DNA from: a virus
Lineage: Duplodnaviria; Caudoviricetes
DNA: 64,000 bases
Virus record (IMG/VR): IMGVR_UViG_3300020037_004820
Direction: 5' to 3' (one strand)
Positions 20,898 through 31,503 of the stretch are shown here, piece after piece. Both the position numbers and the translations under genes were made by a program. The notes under the pieces are model-generated. The model searched no databases. It saw nothing but the letters and a program-made list of their open reading frames with translations, and was not told the DNA's origin. The first letter of the stretch is position 1; every line of letters begins with the position of its first letter.

Positions 20898-22442
20898 ATG
20901 AAAGTTTACAGTGCTGATTCCGATTTTGACGTTAAAGTAGCAAAATCGTTGAATTTATTAACTTCATATGTTTTAGCAACATATGGACCTTTTGGAAAGA
21001 ATATATTATTGACAAAAGATGGAACAACTTTACTAACAAAAGACGGAGTAACTGTTGCAAAATCTATAACATCTAAAGATAAAACAGAAAATGCTATATT
21101 AGATATAATGAAGCAAGTTGCGGATAAAACTGTTAAAGATGCAGGAGATGGAACAACTACATCAATCTTATTTTTAAAACATTTTGTTGAGAAAATAAAA
21201 GCAACAATAACTGCTTTTCCTTTTATTCCATCTACTAAAATTAGAGAAGTTTTTGAAGAAGAATTAAAAATCTTCTTAAGAGAATTAGAGAACTTTTCAA
21301 CAGATGTGAATTCTAAGGAATTGCTAACTCATGTGGCTTTCATGGCTTCTAACGGTGACAAACTTATTGCAGATTTAGTCGCAACGTTGATTGACCAAGT
21401 TGGCGCAACCGGCTCGGTATCTATAAAAAATTCTAAAACAGGAAAGACCTATATAGATATTGTAGAAGGTTTGAAATTTAAATCCGCAGTAGCTTCTGCA
21501 TCATTTTTAGACGATTTACAAGAGAAAAAAATTCTAACAGATTGTGTTATAGTTGTATCTAATACAACTATTAACCTATCAGATGATCTAATAAATCTTC
21601 TAAGAGATTGTGTTGAAAATAAAAAATCATTACTGTTCGTATGCCCCAATATGGACGAAAAAGCATTATTGACAATTATCACGAATGTCCAGATGAAAAG
21701 AGGACTACAATGTTGTGTAGTCTCTCCCTCTTATTTAGGAATAGAGAAATTAGAGGTTTTTGAGGATGTTGCTTTAATAGCAAATACCTCTGTCAACACT
21801 GTTCAAACATTGACTAGAACGAAAGTGAGTGAATGGGGTTACGCAAAGACCGTCGAGGTGACACGCGGCTCGACCATCCTAATCGACGCAGCCGCTAAGC
21901 CTGAGATTCTGGACAAAGCAATCGAGGGCCTACGTGGTAGGCTACAGGCCGAAGAGGACGACGCTACCAGCAAGCGTCTCGCGTCACGCATTGACCGCTT
22001 GACCTCTACACTCGGCATATTGAATATAGGTGGAGCAACCGATGCAGAAATTATAGAAAAGCACCATCGTGTTGAGGACGCAATAGAATCGTGCCATTCG
22101 GCCATGCGCAAAGGAGTTGTGCCGGGGGGCGGAAGTTCACTCTCTCATTTGGCTGTTATATTCTCATCCAATACCGGGGACGCATTAGTTGATTATGTAC
22201 GTAATGTAATACGCTTCGTTTGTAAACAACCTGCGGCACTGCTCTACAATGGAAACAATGAATTTGTTCAAACAGAAAATCTAAAGATAAAAAAAGTCTT
22301 AGATTTAAGATCAAATTCTTTTGTTGATCCCATTGAAAATGGTTTAGTGGAAGCAGTTTGGACGATTCAATCAGCTATGTATAATGCATTCAGTAGTGCT
22401 TGGTTACTATGTCAATCATATGGTTCTGTAATAGAAGAATAA
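20898..22442 (+). CDS. groEL: GroEL-like chaperonin
   Basis: TYGPFG, TKDGVTVAK, AGDGTTT, RVEDA, GVVPGGG. Confidence 0.93.
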   Translation: MKVYSADSDFDVKVAKSLNLLTSYVLATYGPFGKNILLTKDGTTLLTKDGVTVAKSITSKDKTENAILDIMKQVADKTVKDAGDGTTTSILFLKHFVEKIKATITAFPFIPSTKIREVFEEELKIFLRELENFSTDVNSKELLTHVAFMASNGDKLIADLVATLIDQVGATGSVSIKNSKTGKTYIDIVEGLKFKSAVASASFLDDLQEKKILTDCVIVVSNTTINLSDDLINLLRDCVENKKSLLFVCPNMDEKALLTIITNVQMKRGLQCCVVSPSYLGIEKLEVFEDVALIANTSVNTVQTLTRTKVSEWGYAKTVEVTRGSTILIDAAAKPEILDKAIEGLRGRLQAEEDDATSKRLASRIDRLTSTLGILNIGGATDAEIIEKHHRVEDAIESCHSAMRKGVVPGGGSSLSHLAVIFSSNTGDALVDYVRNVIRFVCKQPAALLYNGNNEFVQTENLKIKKVLDLRSNSFVDPIENGLVEAVWTIQSAMYNAFSSAWLLCQSYGSVIEE

Positions 22443-22738
22443 GGAGTTTAGTATGAGTGAAGAAAAGAAAGAAGTTGAAGTTAAAGTTTATTTATCTAGT
22501 TTAGATAATGTTTTGAAATTTATAGAATGTTTTAATCTAAGTGATTTGTTTTTCAAATTACAAGATTGTAAAGATGTTTTATTAGCCAGACCTTCAAAGG
22601 AAGCATTAGATGACTATATAAAAGCATCAAGTGTATTTTTTGAAGTAAATTCCAACCTAATCACATTAGCAGATGCGTACCTTGAAGCTAGATTAGAAGA
22701 AATTGTCTCTTAATATAATATAGAAAATCTTAAAAGGA

Positions 22739-22763
22739 AAGGCCAGCAATTGCTGGCCTTTTT
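22739..22763. terminator. bidirectional terminator at the convergent strand switch
   Basis: aaggccagc-aatt-gctggcctttt with A/T runs on both sides. Confidence 0.8.
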
Positions 22764-22787
22764 ATTATCTTTTTTAGAGGAGAAAAA

Positions 22788-25691
22788 TTAGTCCCTTAAC
22801 AAACCTTTCTTTCTTGCATAAAAATAGTTCATGTCTTTGCGTGCTTTCAAACGTAACTCTAACTCTTCATGTTCATCGGTTGATTTATTTGGACAAATAT
22901 AAGACTCGCCATCCCATGCAAGCTCGGATCTATGATATACATTTCTCATACCCCCATTTACTAAAACTCTGGTTCCTACTCCTCTAACTGTGGAGTATTT
23001 CCTTTCATCTCTTCCTCGTTTTTGATAAGGAGTAGGGGAATGCGTAATTGCTGTTGGATTGTGAGGATCTTTCCAATTATACAGTTTATAATTTATTGTA
23101 ATTCTTCGAGCATTTTTTATCTTTATTTTGCCTCGACCTTTTTTCGGTGGAAGCTCTTTATACTCTGGAACAAGTTCCGCTTTACAGATGTCACACTTCA
23201 TTTTACACCTTATATGCTATCGAGATCTGCCTCTTCATAGCCTCTAGTTAGATCTTCTGTGTCATATAAATCTTCGCTATTAGCTGCTTTATCTGTAAAT
23301 TCCACAAGATCAACAGAGACTTCATCCTCAAACGCTTCGCCTTTCATATCGAAAGTAGCTAGTGATTCGGCATGTCCTGATGACATTGATATAAAATATT
23401 CATTAGATCGTTCATCGTATACGAAATAATCTAATTCATATAATTTAGTGGTTTTTCCTGCATTCTTAAATGCGTCTTTCAATTCTTTATAAATAAAAGG
23501 AAAATCCTTTTTTAGTTTAGATAATGATGTTACTTTCTTAGTTGTCATAATGAGCCCTCAGAGTTAAATAGGGCAACTTATTTTCAAGTACCCTTAGACT
23601 CATTAATCACTGTTTTAATTTTGTCAACAACATCTGGTCTATCTGCCCGAATTAAAATAACAGTATATTCTCCATTAGAAGGAGCCATTTGCTGAATGGT
23701 CATCCCTGTCTCTATAACTTTAACTATATCTATATCTGATAGTTTCAGATTGACAAGAAGATTTATTTCTTCTTTAGAAAGAATTATTTTTGTAACTTTT
23801 TCTTCCGACTTATTTGAGGTATAAAGTAAATGCAAACTAACAACTATTTCAAATAAGAAAAAAGCTAAAATTATCCAAGCTAGTACATAGCTGGTCAAAG
23901 GTATTGCAATGAATAATGCGAGATAAAAACCCGATGCAGCTAAAGTAATATGGGCTATTGTTTTCATTCATTACCTACACATATATTAACAGTGGGAGTA
24001 GGGCATTCGCAAACAGGGTCTTCACAAACTATATCCGTTGCATGACCTTTCTCATCTTCTTGAAAAAAATAACAGCAATAGCCATGAACCTTTTTGCAGT
24101 GTTCTCCTTCATCCAATTCAGGATTTGGAATGACACAATCTATCTGTTGCAAACAACCTGTAAAGAGTAGAGCAGCTAATGTAAATATTTTCATTGTACG
24201 TCTTTATCCCAAGTTAAGTCAATGCTTGTAGAACAATATATTGCATATGTTTTACCACCATCGGAGGAATATCTTCCATTAGTATCGTTAATGGTGCAAG
24301 TTATTCCAAGATCGTTAAAAGCAAATATAATAAAGATTCGAGGAATCTCGCGCAAAGCTAATGAAACTTCAGCATAATCGCTATAAAGCGTCTCATGCCA
24401 ACGTCCCTCTTTTGCTATAGCTCGTAATCTTGGTAAATATCTTGTGGCAAAACATTTAGCTAATTCTTGAAGATAAGTTAAAGACGGACCATTTTTCCAA
24501 GCATAAAATTTTTTATATTCTTCTGCTTCTCTTAGTCTTCGACTTTCCTGAGCTTTAGCCTTTCTGGCTTCATTTGTAAGAAGCCTAAGCTGCTCACCAA
24601 TGTTTTCAATCATTGATAACTCCTTTTATCAGTCGTTTAGAGCCATCATCTTTATTCCTCATGTTTTTCCCTATATGAAATCCATCACAGTACATACATT
24701 TATATATCGAAAACCATACTTCATATTTCTTCATCATAGATTGAGAGGCTTTAATAGCTTTCTCTTTTGTAGGATAACTTATTTTTTCTTTACCATCACT
24801 TCTAAAGTGACTTCGTTTACTAAAAACTCCAAAAATATTTCTATTTAGAACATTCTTTATAAATCTTTTTAGAGGCATCTGGTCTTTCATACAAAGACAA
24901 AAATTTCTAATATATTTATATATCTGATCTTTCTTTCCCATGCAGACCACATTCCCAACTTGCTTTTATTTCTTTTTGAAGAGACTCAGATTGTAGCTCG
25001 TTTACTTTTAACAAAAATTCTTTATCTGCAAGAAGTCTACGAATAGTTTTACCCATCATTAAAACTAATACAGACATTAGAATTAACATTAAGGATAATG
25101 CTGTAATCATGCCATGGCCTTTTTATTAGTCATAAAGGAATCCTTGAAAATATTTTCAAGAGATTCTCCTGCACTTGGCAACGGCATACCCGTTGCTTTA
25201 GCCATTTGCAAATTGTAGGAAACGACCCCTGTCAGCCAATTTGTTACATTTGAACAGACCTTTTGCACTTCTGCTTGAGGCGCTGCACAGATTAGAACCC
25301 CTAATATTTCTGTAAATGACCTGCATATATACTCAATTTTAGTAGCTTGGGAGTCGGATGGCCCGCAAACTTCTTCGGTCAATTCGAGTGATTTATATGC
25401 AAGTTTTTCAATAAGCGCATCGAGTTTATCATTATCTAGTTTTGCAGACATTGTATCTCCTTATTTCGGGTCAACCCATATCGTAACATTATCAGGAGTT
25501 TCAACATACGGTTTAGTCATATCGACTGCCATCATATCTACTCCAATCAATCCACGAGCACGAGCTTCTTCAAACCAAATAGAAGCGTCCTGCTCACCTT
25601 GACCTTCATACCACTTTATAAATTCCATAACCTGGGATTTTGAGCGAAAACCTTTAATGATAAGGTCAAAGTTTTTTGTTTGTGCAGCCAT
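22788..25691 (-). CDS. cluster of small hypothetical proteins (22788-23201, 23210-23548, 23584-23967, 23964-24194 Cys-rich lipoprotein-like, 24191-24613, 24606-24950, 24916-25110, 25107-25451, 25461-25691)
   Basis: Contiguous co-oriented ORFs with overlapping start/stop codons. Confidence 0.6.
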
Positions 25692-25848
25692 ATTTTATCC
25701 TTGGAACATCCACCATCGGTCAAGTTGTTCATTAGTGTCAAAAATAGCACTTTCATATTTAATCTCTAAAATAGAGACATATTCTGGCAAGTTAGCTACC
25801 AAATCATCTACAATCTCATCCAATTTTGCTTTTTTCATGAGTTATCCG

Positions 25849-26394
25849 TTACACAGCATCAAATGAGATGTCATCAATAGGATATAGAACTAGTGTAGAG
25901 TTCTTTTTGGAATTATATGTACCTTCGCTAGAGGGGTCCAAAAAGACCTCCTCGATAAGTTCAGCATTTTCATATATGAGCAGATGTCTTTCGGTTGCCC
26001 ATTCTAAACGTTTACAAAATGCATTAGCAACTGAAATGCCTACTCCAAAGCTCTGATAAGCATGGAACAATTTGGATTCACATTGACATGCGTGCAATTC
26101 TTCTAAAAGAAGACGTATTACTCGTTTACCTGCATCGGGATGCATCATACTATAATCAGGAATGTCATAAAAATTCATATAAATTGACCGATGTTCTTTA
26201 TCTATATGAATATCTGTATTAAAATGTCCGCGATTAATTGATAAGAAATTATCAATTGAAATCATTATCATTTGACGAACGCCATCACGTTTATAATTTG
26301 GGAGATACATTTCTGGACGCATTTTAACAGCGTCTAGCCCTTTAAGGACTTTAATCTCATGTTGAGGATATTGTTCGTAATCCATATCAGGCAT
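25849..26394 (-). CDS. stand-alone degenerate GyrB/ParE N-terminal (GHKL)-like protein
   Basis: IKVLKGLDAVKMRPEMY, SIDN, LHA, GVGISVANAF; start set to MPDMD because the longer ORF crosses a terminator. Confidence 0.7.
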   Translation of the reverse strand: MPDMDYEQYPQHEIKVLKGLDAVKMRPEMYLPNYKRDGVRQMIMISIDNFLSINRGHFNTDIHIDKEHRSIYMNFYDIPDYSMMHPDAGKRVIRLLLEELHACQCESKLFHAYQSFGVGISVANAFCKRLEWATERHLLIYENAELIEEVFLDPSSEGTYNSKKNSTLVLYPIDDISFDAV

Positions 26395-26429
26395 TTTATT
26401 TTTTCCTTTAGCAGATTGAATCTTAAACG

Positions 26430-26453
26430 AAAAGGCGGCCAATTGGCCGCCTT
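26430..26453 (-). terminator. intrinsic terminator
   Basis: aaggcggcc-aatt-ggccgcctt; nearly identical to the one at 59874. Confidence 0.8.
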
Positions 26454-26469
26454 ATGTCATTCAATTATA

Positions 26470-26991
26470 TTACAGATCAATCGTGCCTTCCCACGGCGTC
26501 TGCAATTCGATTCCTTCTTTGGTAAGAACCAGCTTAACTCCATCACGGGCAAGCTCGTGATTTCCGTTTCGCAGATGACGATAAGTTGCCTTATCTCGCC
26601 AAGAAGGTGCAGCGTCGTAACAGAAATTCTCGATTTCTTCCAGAATGGCAAGAACTGCATTCTGATTTTCTTGAACAAAGACTGCAAGCTCACAGGGAGC
26701 ATTGGTCAACATATCGATGGCGCGCGAACGTCCACCCTTTTGCTCGGTATACGAGACAATGCGCTTCACGCTCTTATTGTACTTCGGCTCGAAAACCTGT
26801 CCATAAACAGGAACCTTATAATCTCCCTTGGAGAAGAAGTCCTTCGGACTGCAAAAAGCATATCCAAAGCGGACACTTCGGGTAGGGGAATTGCGATCAT
26901 TGTCCATTTGATACGCAACAGTAACTCGGCCAGAGCCCATACCAAAATAATGGAACTTGACACGATCCTCGAAAGTAACTTGATCACTCAT
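26470..26991 (-). CDS. hypothetical protein, GC-richer, with own promoter and terminator
   Basis: Start MSDQV after GGAAAG; promoter at 27035-27062. Confidence 0.7.
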   Translation of the reverse strand: MSDQVTFEDRVKFHYFGMGSGRVTVAYQMDNDRNSPTRSVRFGYAFCSPKDFFSKGDYKVPVYGQVFEPKYNKSVKRIVSYTEQKGGRSRAIDMLTNAPCELAVFVQENQNAVLAILEEIENFCYDAAPSWRDKATYRHLRNGNHELARDGVKLVLTKEGIELQTPWEGTIDL

Positions 26992-27449
26992 GATTATTTC
27001 CTTTCCGGTGAAAAACCGGCTCACTCTCACTTACGTAATAGGTCCGGCCGAGCCTCTGTCAAGGGCTTTGTTGCCGATTTGCGTGTAGCCTTCAAAACTT
27101 CTCTAAGCTCTTTAATCTCTGTTTCACTTAATTCATGTTTAGTATGATTGCGTTTATGGAAAAATAAGTGAATAAATACACAAAGCGCAGAACATAAAAG
27201 AACATGAAAAACTATTTCAATTAGCATTGTTATTCCTTGTATTAATCTAGCAGCAAACCGTATTGAGTAACTACTTCATCTGTAGCAGATTCTTTAATAA
27301 TAAAGGTCTGTCTTACACCTTTCTTTTCAGAAAGCTTTGATGCTATCGTTTGCAACTCTGTAAGAGAGTTCGATGTTCTCAAAATTTCTTCAGTCAGTTC
27401 GTTTATTAAAATATATTTAGCCTTGTCCATATATTGTCTCCTGTTATAA

Positions 27450-27965
27450 TTAGATAATTCCTTTTTGTTTCAAGATATTAAACGTAGACTCCAGTAGCTT
27501 CTGATCATTTTTGCAAAAATATGCAGTTTTTGTAGAAATAGCTGGAGCAATACCTGGACTCCATGTAATAGTAGGAGTGGTATCTATAACTGGTAAATTC
27601 GCAGGAATTGGCGGATTTGCGGGAGCTGGATTGATAGACGATATTATTTGTCCCCAAGTTTGAGCAGCAGGAACAATAATTGGATCTATAGGAGTATACG
27701 AAATATACTTTCCATTATCAGTTTTAGATATACGAGTAGGATCGTAATTCTTCATATATAAATGAACAAGAGATTTAATTCTAGAATGTTCAACTTGAAC
27801 AAATTCCTCTCCATATTTATTGACATAAACATCCGAATCATTAACATCTTCTGGTCGAAGATTTAGTTCACGGACTGCAACCGTAACATCCCATGCACTA
27901 AACGTAACTTTCTGTTCTATAAAAGTGTCGATTAGACCAATAACAGCTTCGTGTAAGTAATTCAT
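27450..27965 (-). CDS. hypothetical protein
   Basis: FSAWDVT motif; directly downstream of PARP. Confidence 0.6.
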   Translation of the reverse strand: MNYLHEAVIGLIDTFIEQKVTFSAWDVTVAVRELNLRPEDVNDSDVYVNKYGEEFVQVEHSRIKSLVHLYMKNYDPTRISKTDNGKYISYTPIDPIIVPAAQTWGQIISSINPAPANPPIPANLPVIDTTPTITWSPGIAPAISTKTAYFCKNDQKLLESTFNILKQKGII

Positions 27966-27975
27966 TTATTTCCCT

Positions 27976-29241
27976 TTATTTGCACTCTAACAGGTGCGTT
28001 ATGTGTATTTGCTCATTTTTATAGACAATAAGCTCATCATGGTATAATCCACAATCACCAGCTCTTGCCCAAGTTGAATCATATCCAGAAGGTGGGGAAC
28101 CTGTTCTAGAAGGATTATACATTTTACCCATTGCAAAATTGCATATAAATAACCATCCACTTGGAGCAGTTGCTCCACCCCATCTACCAAATGTATATCC
28201 TAATGCTTTAGTTGATTGTACAGCGCCATAGACACCGTTACCAAACATTTTACCCGCAATATATGCGGTTGAAGGAGGAGAAACCTTCATACCTGATTTA
28301 AGAATACTTAGCAAGTTTGCTTCCGATGTACCATGGAATACTCTAGTCAAATTACCCAGAGTTTTACCTGATTTATCAAATGCGTCACTGTTATCTTTTA
28401 TATCAACGATATAAGCGTTCTTAATGCGAACATTATCATAACCATGAGATTTTCTCTTAGAATTTTCAAACCATTTATCAATTTCTTTGAAATCTGGATG
28501 AGAATTTTCTAGAGTGTCCAGCTTTACGTTGAATATTTGTTCTTCTACAGAAGAATCTACTTTACTTTCTTTAACAGAAGAAGTAAAAGATGTGTAGGAT
28601 GCTTCAAGCGAATCGAGCGTGTTAAGCTCTTGCATAAAATCCATAGAATCTACAAAGTGCTGAACTTTGGTCATACCAAAATCATGTGGTATAAGCATAA
28701 GATATCGATTTATCGCTGGTCCAAAATGCTCATCTTTTCCATTTTCTTTTTGAGCTTTTATAAGTGCCAAGAGATTTCTTGCTTCATCAATAGACGCTGG
28801 CGTAACAATGCCCAAAGGTGTACTGAATAGACCTGTATTTACGTCATACGTAATTTTCGTAGAAGACGTAATGTTATGAATATTAGACATTGCAAGTCGT
28901 TCAATTAGTTTTTCCAACTGAGGAGAACTAAATTGAATTTGCTTTTTAGCAACTTCTTTTACATCTGATACGACAGATACAGTTGTCTTATTTGATTCGA
29001 CAGCTATACCGTCAAATTCAATATAACCTTTCTTTTTCTTTTCTTTGATTTTTTTATCTAGAAAAGATTGACCGCCAGGAAAAGGACCTTCTGCTTGTCC
29101 AGCGTATCCAACTCGTCCATATAGAACAAAAACATTCCCATCATCGTGAAGGTCGGCATTCCAGAATTTATTATTGTTCCCATCTATATTGGAACAAATC
29201 ATTCTAACTGTTTTTGTTACTGCCATATTAAGGACGCACAC
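27976..29241 (-). CDS. PARP-like ADP-ribosyltransferase (WGR + helical regulatory + catalytic domains)
   Basis: NNNKFW...YGRVG (WGR); YLMLIPHDFG; FHGT, GKMFGNGVY, KALGY, DELIVY (H-Y-E). Confidence 0.9.
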   Translation of the reverse strand: MCVLNMAVTKTVRMICSNIDGNNNKFWNADLHDDGNVFVLYGRVGYAGQAEGPFPGGQSFLDKKIKEKKKKGYIEFDGIAVESNKTTVSVVSDVKEVAKKQIQFSSPQLEKLIERLAMSNIHNITSSTKITYDVNTGLFSTPLGIVTPASIDEARNLLALIKAQKENGKDEHFGPAINRYLMLIPHDFGMTKVQHFVDSMDFMQELNTLDSLEASYTSFTSSVKESKVDSSVEEQIFNVKLDTLENSHPDFKEIDKWFENSKRKSHGYDNVRIKNAYIVDIKDNSDAFDKSGKTLGNLTRVFHGTSEANLLSILKSGMKVSPPSTAYIAGKMFGNGVYGAVQSTKALGYTFGRWGGATAPSGWLFICNFAMGKMYNPSRTGSPPSGYDSTWARAGDCGLYHDELIVYKNEQIHITHLLECK

Positions 29242-29698
29242 CTTTTATAGAAAGGACCATATATTCAGAAGGATTATGTTGATCAACCATATGAATCCAA
29301 TTCAATTCTCTAGGATCAACTAAGCGAATCTGCTCTTCGTCGGAAGATATTTCTATAAAGTAATATCTTCCAAAGGAATCTTTGTCACCATTTGTATAAC
29401 CTGTTAGGACCCTTTCAGACCCATCTTTTTTATTAAAAGAAACAGTTATAATTTCGTTTACATTTTCTTCTAATACATTAGCAAGAGTAGTTTTGCTAAC
29501 ATTTTCCATAAGAGCATATCTAGGAAGAGACGTTCTATTTAGATCGACATATCCATAATCTTGATTAGCTTTTAAAGCTTCAATAAGAGATTTAGCTACA
29601 ATGTCTTTTGCAAGACCCATAGGATCTAACGCGACTTCGCATTTAGAAATAATTTCAATTTTATTGTCTTTATTCTTTTTCCAAATTTTTATCGTCAT
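29228..29698 (-). CDS. hypothetical protein, possible SH3/WYL-like C-terminus
   Basis: VSFNKKDGSERVLTG. Confidence 0.4.
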   Translation of the reverse strand: MTIKIWKKNKDNKIEIISKCEVALDPMGLAKDIVAKSLIEALKANQDYGYVDLNRTSLPRYALMENVSKTTLANVLEENVNEIITVSFNKKDGSERVLTGYTNGDKDSFGRYYFIEISSDEEQIRLVDPRELNWIHMVDQHNPSEYMVLSIKGVRP

Positions 29699-29765
29699 TG
29701 TCTTTTCCTTTTCTTGTTCGTGACGAAACAATGATTTTTCATTGTTTCCCAAGAAGAACTCATGA

Positions 29766-30185
29766 TTATTTCTCCGCAGGACCTTTAACTAAAGCCAATG
29801 TTCCAACAATTAGATCTCTAGTTCTTTTAATAGGAAAACCAAAAGTCAAAACTCCTACTAAAGATTCTAGTATTGTTCCAGAATATTCTTCTAAACGAGA
29901 ACCGGATTTCATGTTATTATAAACTTTACGTAATTGATCTTTTTCAAATTTAGAAAGTTCGATCACTCCTCTAGAATTTGAATTCAATATATAATCATTG
30001 ATATACCATAATGCTTTTTCAAGATCAACGTAAGTTGATCCTTTATAGGGAGCTCTACAAATATATTTTATAGCGTTACCTAAATCGAACGCAGCACGAT
30101 CTGTCAACAAATCGATAAGTTCTATTGTCTCTATTTTAATAGATTCTTGATTATAGTGAGATGGATGATTTACTTGTTCTGTCAT
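29766..30185 (-). CDS. DUF3310-like protein
   Basis: VNHPSHYN...GNAIKYICRAPYK...DLEKALWY. Confidence 0.85.
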   Translation of the reverse strand: MTEQVNHPSHYNQESIKIETIELIDLLTDRAAFDLGNAIKYICRAPYKGSTYVDLEKALWYINDYILNSNSRGVIELSKFEKDQLRKVYNNMKSGSRLEEYSGTILESLVGVLTFGFPIKRTRDLIVGTLALVKGPAEK

Positions 30186-30192
30186 TTTTACC

Positions 30193-30654
30193 TCAAGGCC
30201 AATCACAAACTGTCCAACTTATATCAGGATAATTTTGAGAAATTTCTAGCAAAACTTCTTCTGTCTTGTACCAAGGTACACCAAAAAGACCTGAGTTGAA
30301 TTTGTTCGAATATACATCCGACACCCCTAGCATACGCGCCATTTCGAATATGTCAAGCACGGCTGTTTTTGTAGAGGATATAATCTCATTTACAGAGTCA
30401 ACGTCTGATCCAAACGCATAGGACGTAAATAAACATCCAATGCGTCTATCAGAATCGTGTACCACAAGTCCTGTACCTAGTAAGGTTTTACCATCTCGTT
30501 CACAAATTGCTCTATATTGGGAGGCAGCTTCTGGGTATCTATCCCTGAACACTCTAGCTATTCCTGATCCCCAAACTCCTAAACAATTACAAGCATGTAC
30601 AAGCATTGCTTCTTTTGGAGCATCAAAGAGATCCATTTTCTTTATTTCAATCAC
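30193..30654 (-). CDS. macrodomain ADP-ribose hydrolase (Poa1p/TARG1-like)
   Basis: DLF, HACNCLGVWGSGIA, NSGLFGVPW. Confidence 0.88.
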   Translation of the reverse strand: MIEIKKMDLFDAPKEAMLVHACNCLGVWGSGIARVFRDRYPEAASQYRAICERDGKTLLGTGLVVHDSDRRIGCLFTSYAFGSDVDSVNEIISSTKTAVLDIFEMARMLGVSDVYSNKFNSGLFGVPWYKTEEVLLEISQNYPDISWTVCDWP

Positions 30655-30986
30655 CAGTTTGTCCTTTTTATAGCTTCTAACAGTCTAGTGTGCACATCTT
30701 CTGTTCTATGTTCATCCCATTCTGGTCCACCTTCTTTTATAATTTTTTGAAATAAAGGTAGATATTTTTGTTCTACATGAAAACTTATTTGACCAGTATC
30801 TAAAACTAGACCAAGTATAGGCCATCCTGGTAAATGATGTCTCCAATACGCTCGATCTTTATAAGTTAAACATAATAATATAAATAACAGAGTTCTACTC
30901 TCGTAGAGTTCTCCAAATGTATGAAAACCATCACTTATAAGTGATGTATCAGTCTCTTCATTGATTAGATCATCTATTGTTATCAT
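30651..30986 (-). CDS. phage hypothetical protein
   Basis: SDGFHTFGELY...GQISFH...WDEH. Confidence 0.6.
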   Translation of the reverse strand: MITIDDLINEETDTSLISDGFHTFGELYESRTLLFILLCLTYKDRAYWRHHLPGWPILGLVLDTGQISFHVEQKYLPLFQKIIKEGGPEWDEHRTEDVHTRLLEAIKRTNW

Positions 30987-31260
30987 GGATAAATTACCAG
31001 TCCATCATATTGATTAAATGCTTTTAAAGCGAGAACTGCTTTGTTTTTGGCAACTTCAAAGGCAGCTTCTTCATATTGATTATACCCATCTGAATCAACA
31101 TAAAAATATTGGATAGATTTCCATTCTTGAGAGGTTTTCGTTTTTCTTAAAAACTTCTTTTTAGAAGTTACGGTCGTTAATTTTTGAAGAGAGAACATTG
31201 GATGAGGTCTATATTCTGATATTTCAAATACGACGCGATATACTGGTGATTTTTCTGTAC

Positions 31261-31503
31261 TCATAGTTTCACTATTGTTCCTTTTGTATTTATTGCTTGT
31301 TCAGTATCGGTTTCTTCATTGAAAGAAATTATAATAACTGGTATATTTAATTCTTTTGCTTTTTGAATAGAATCCCGTGTTCCATTTGATACGCCATTCC
31401 TTAACGAAGATGTACGCCCTGTTTGATGTTTGTATATACATTTTCTATCCATTCTATGAACTCCTTGTAGGACATATCTACTGCCTATCACACCAACTTT
31501 CAT
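31261..31503 (-). pseudogene. disrupted SLOG/DUF2493-like gene containing an out-of-frame HNH endonuclease tail
   Basis: MKVGVIGSR and SNGTRDSIQKAKELNIPVII flank an alternative-frame MSYKEFIEWIENVY* (31401-31475). Confidence 0.55.

Noticed and set aside
21830-22020. Internal N16 promoter explaining the GC-rich patch in groEL
   Set aside because: The TTGACC copies there have no TAT at the 16-nt spacing; the patch remains unexplained
26359-27147. 262-aa plus-strand ORF and other antisense ORFs (e.g. 33140-33550, 44264-44779, 13469-13816)
   Set aside because: Shadow frames of well-supported opposite-strand genes, with no RBS or motifs
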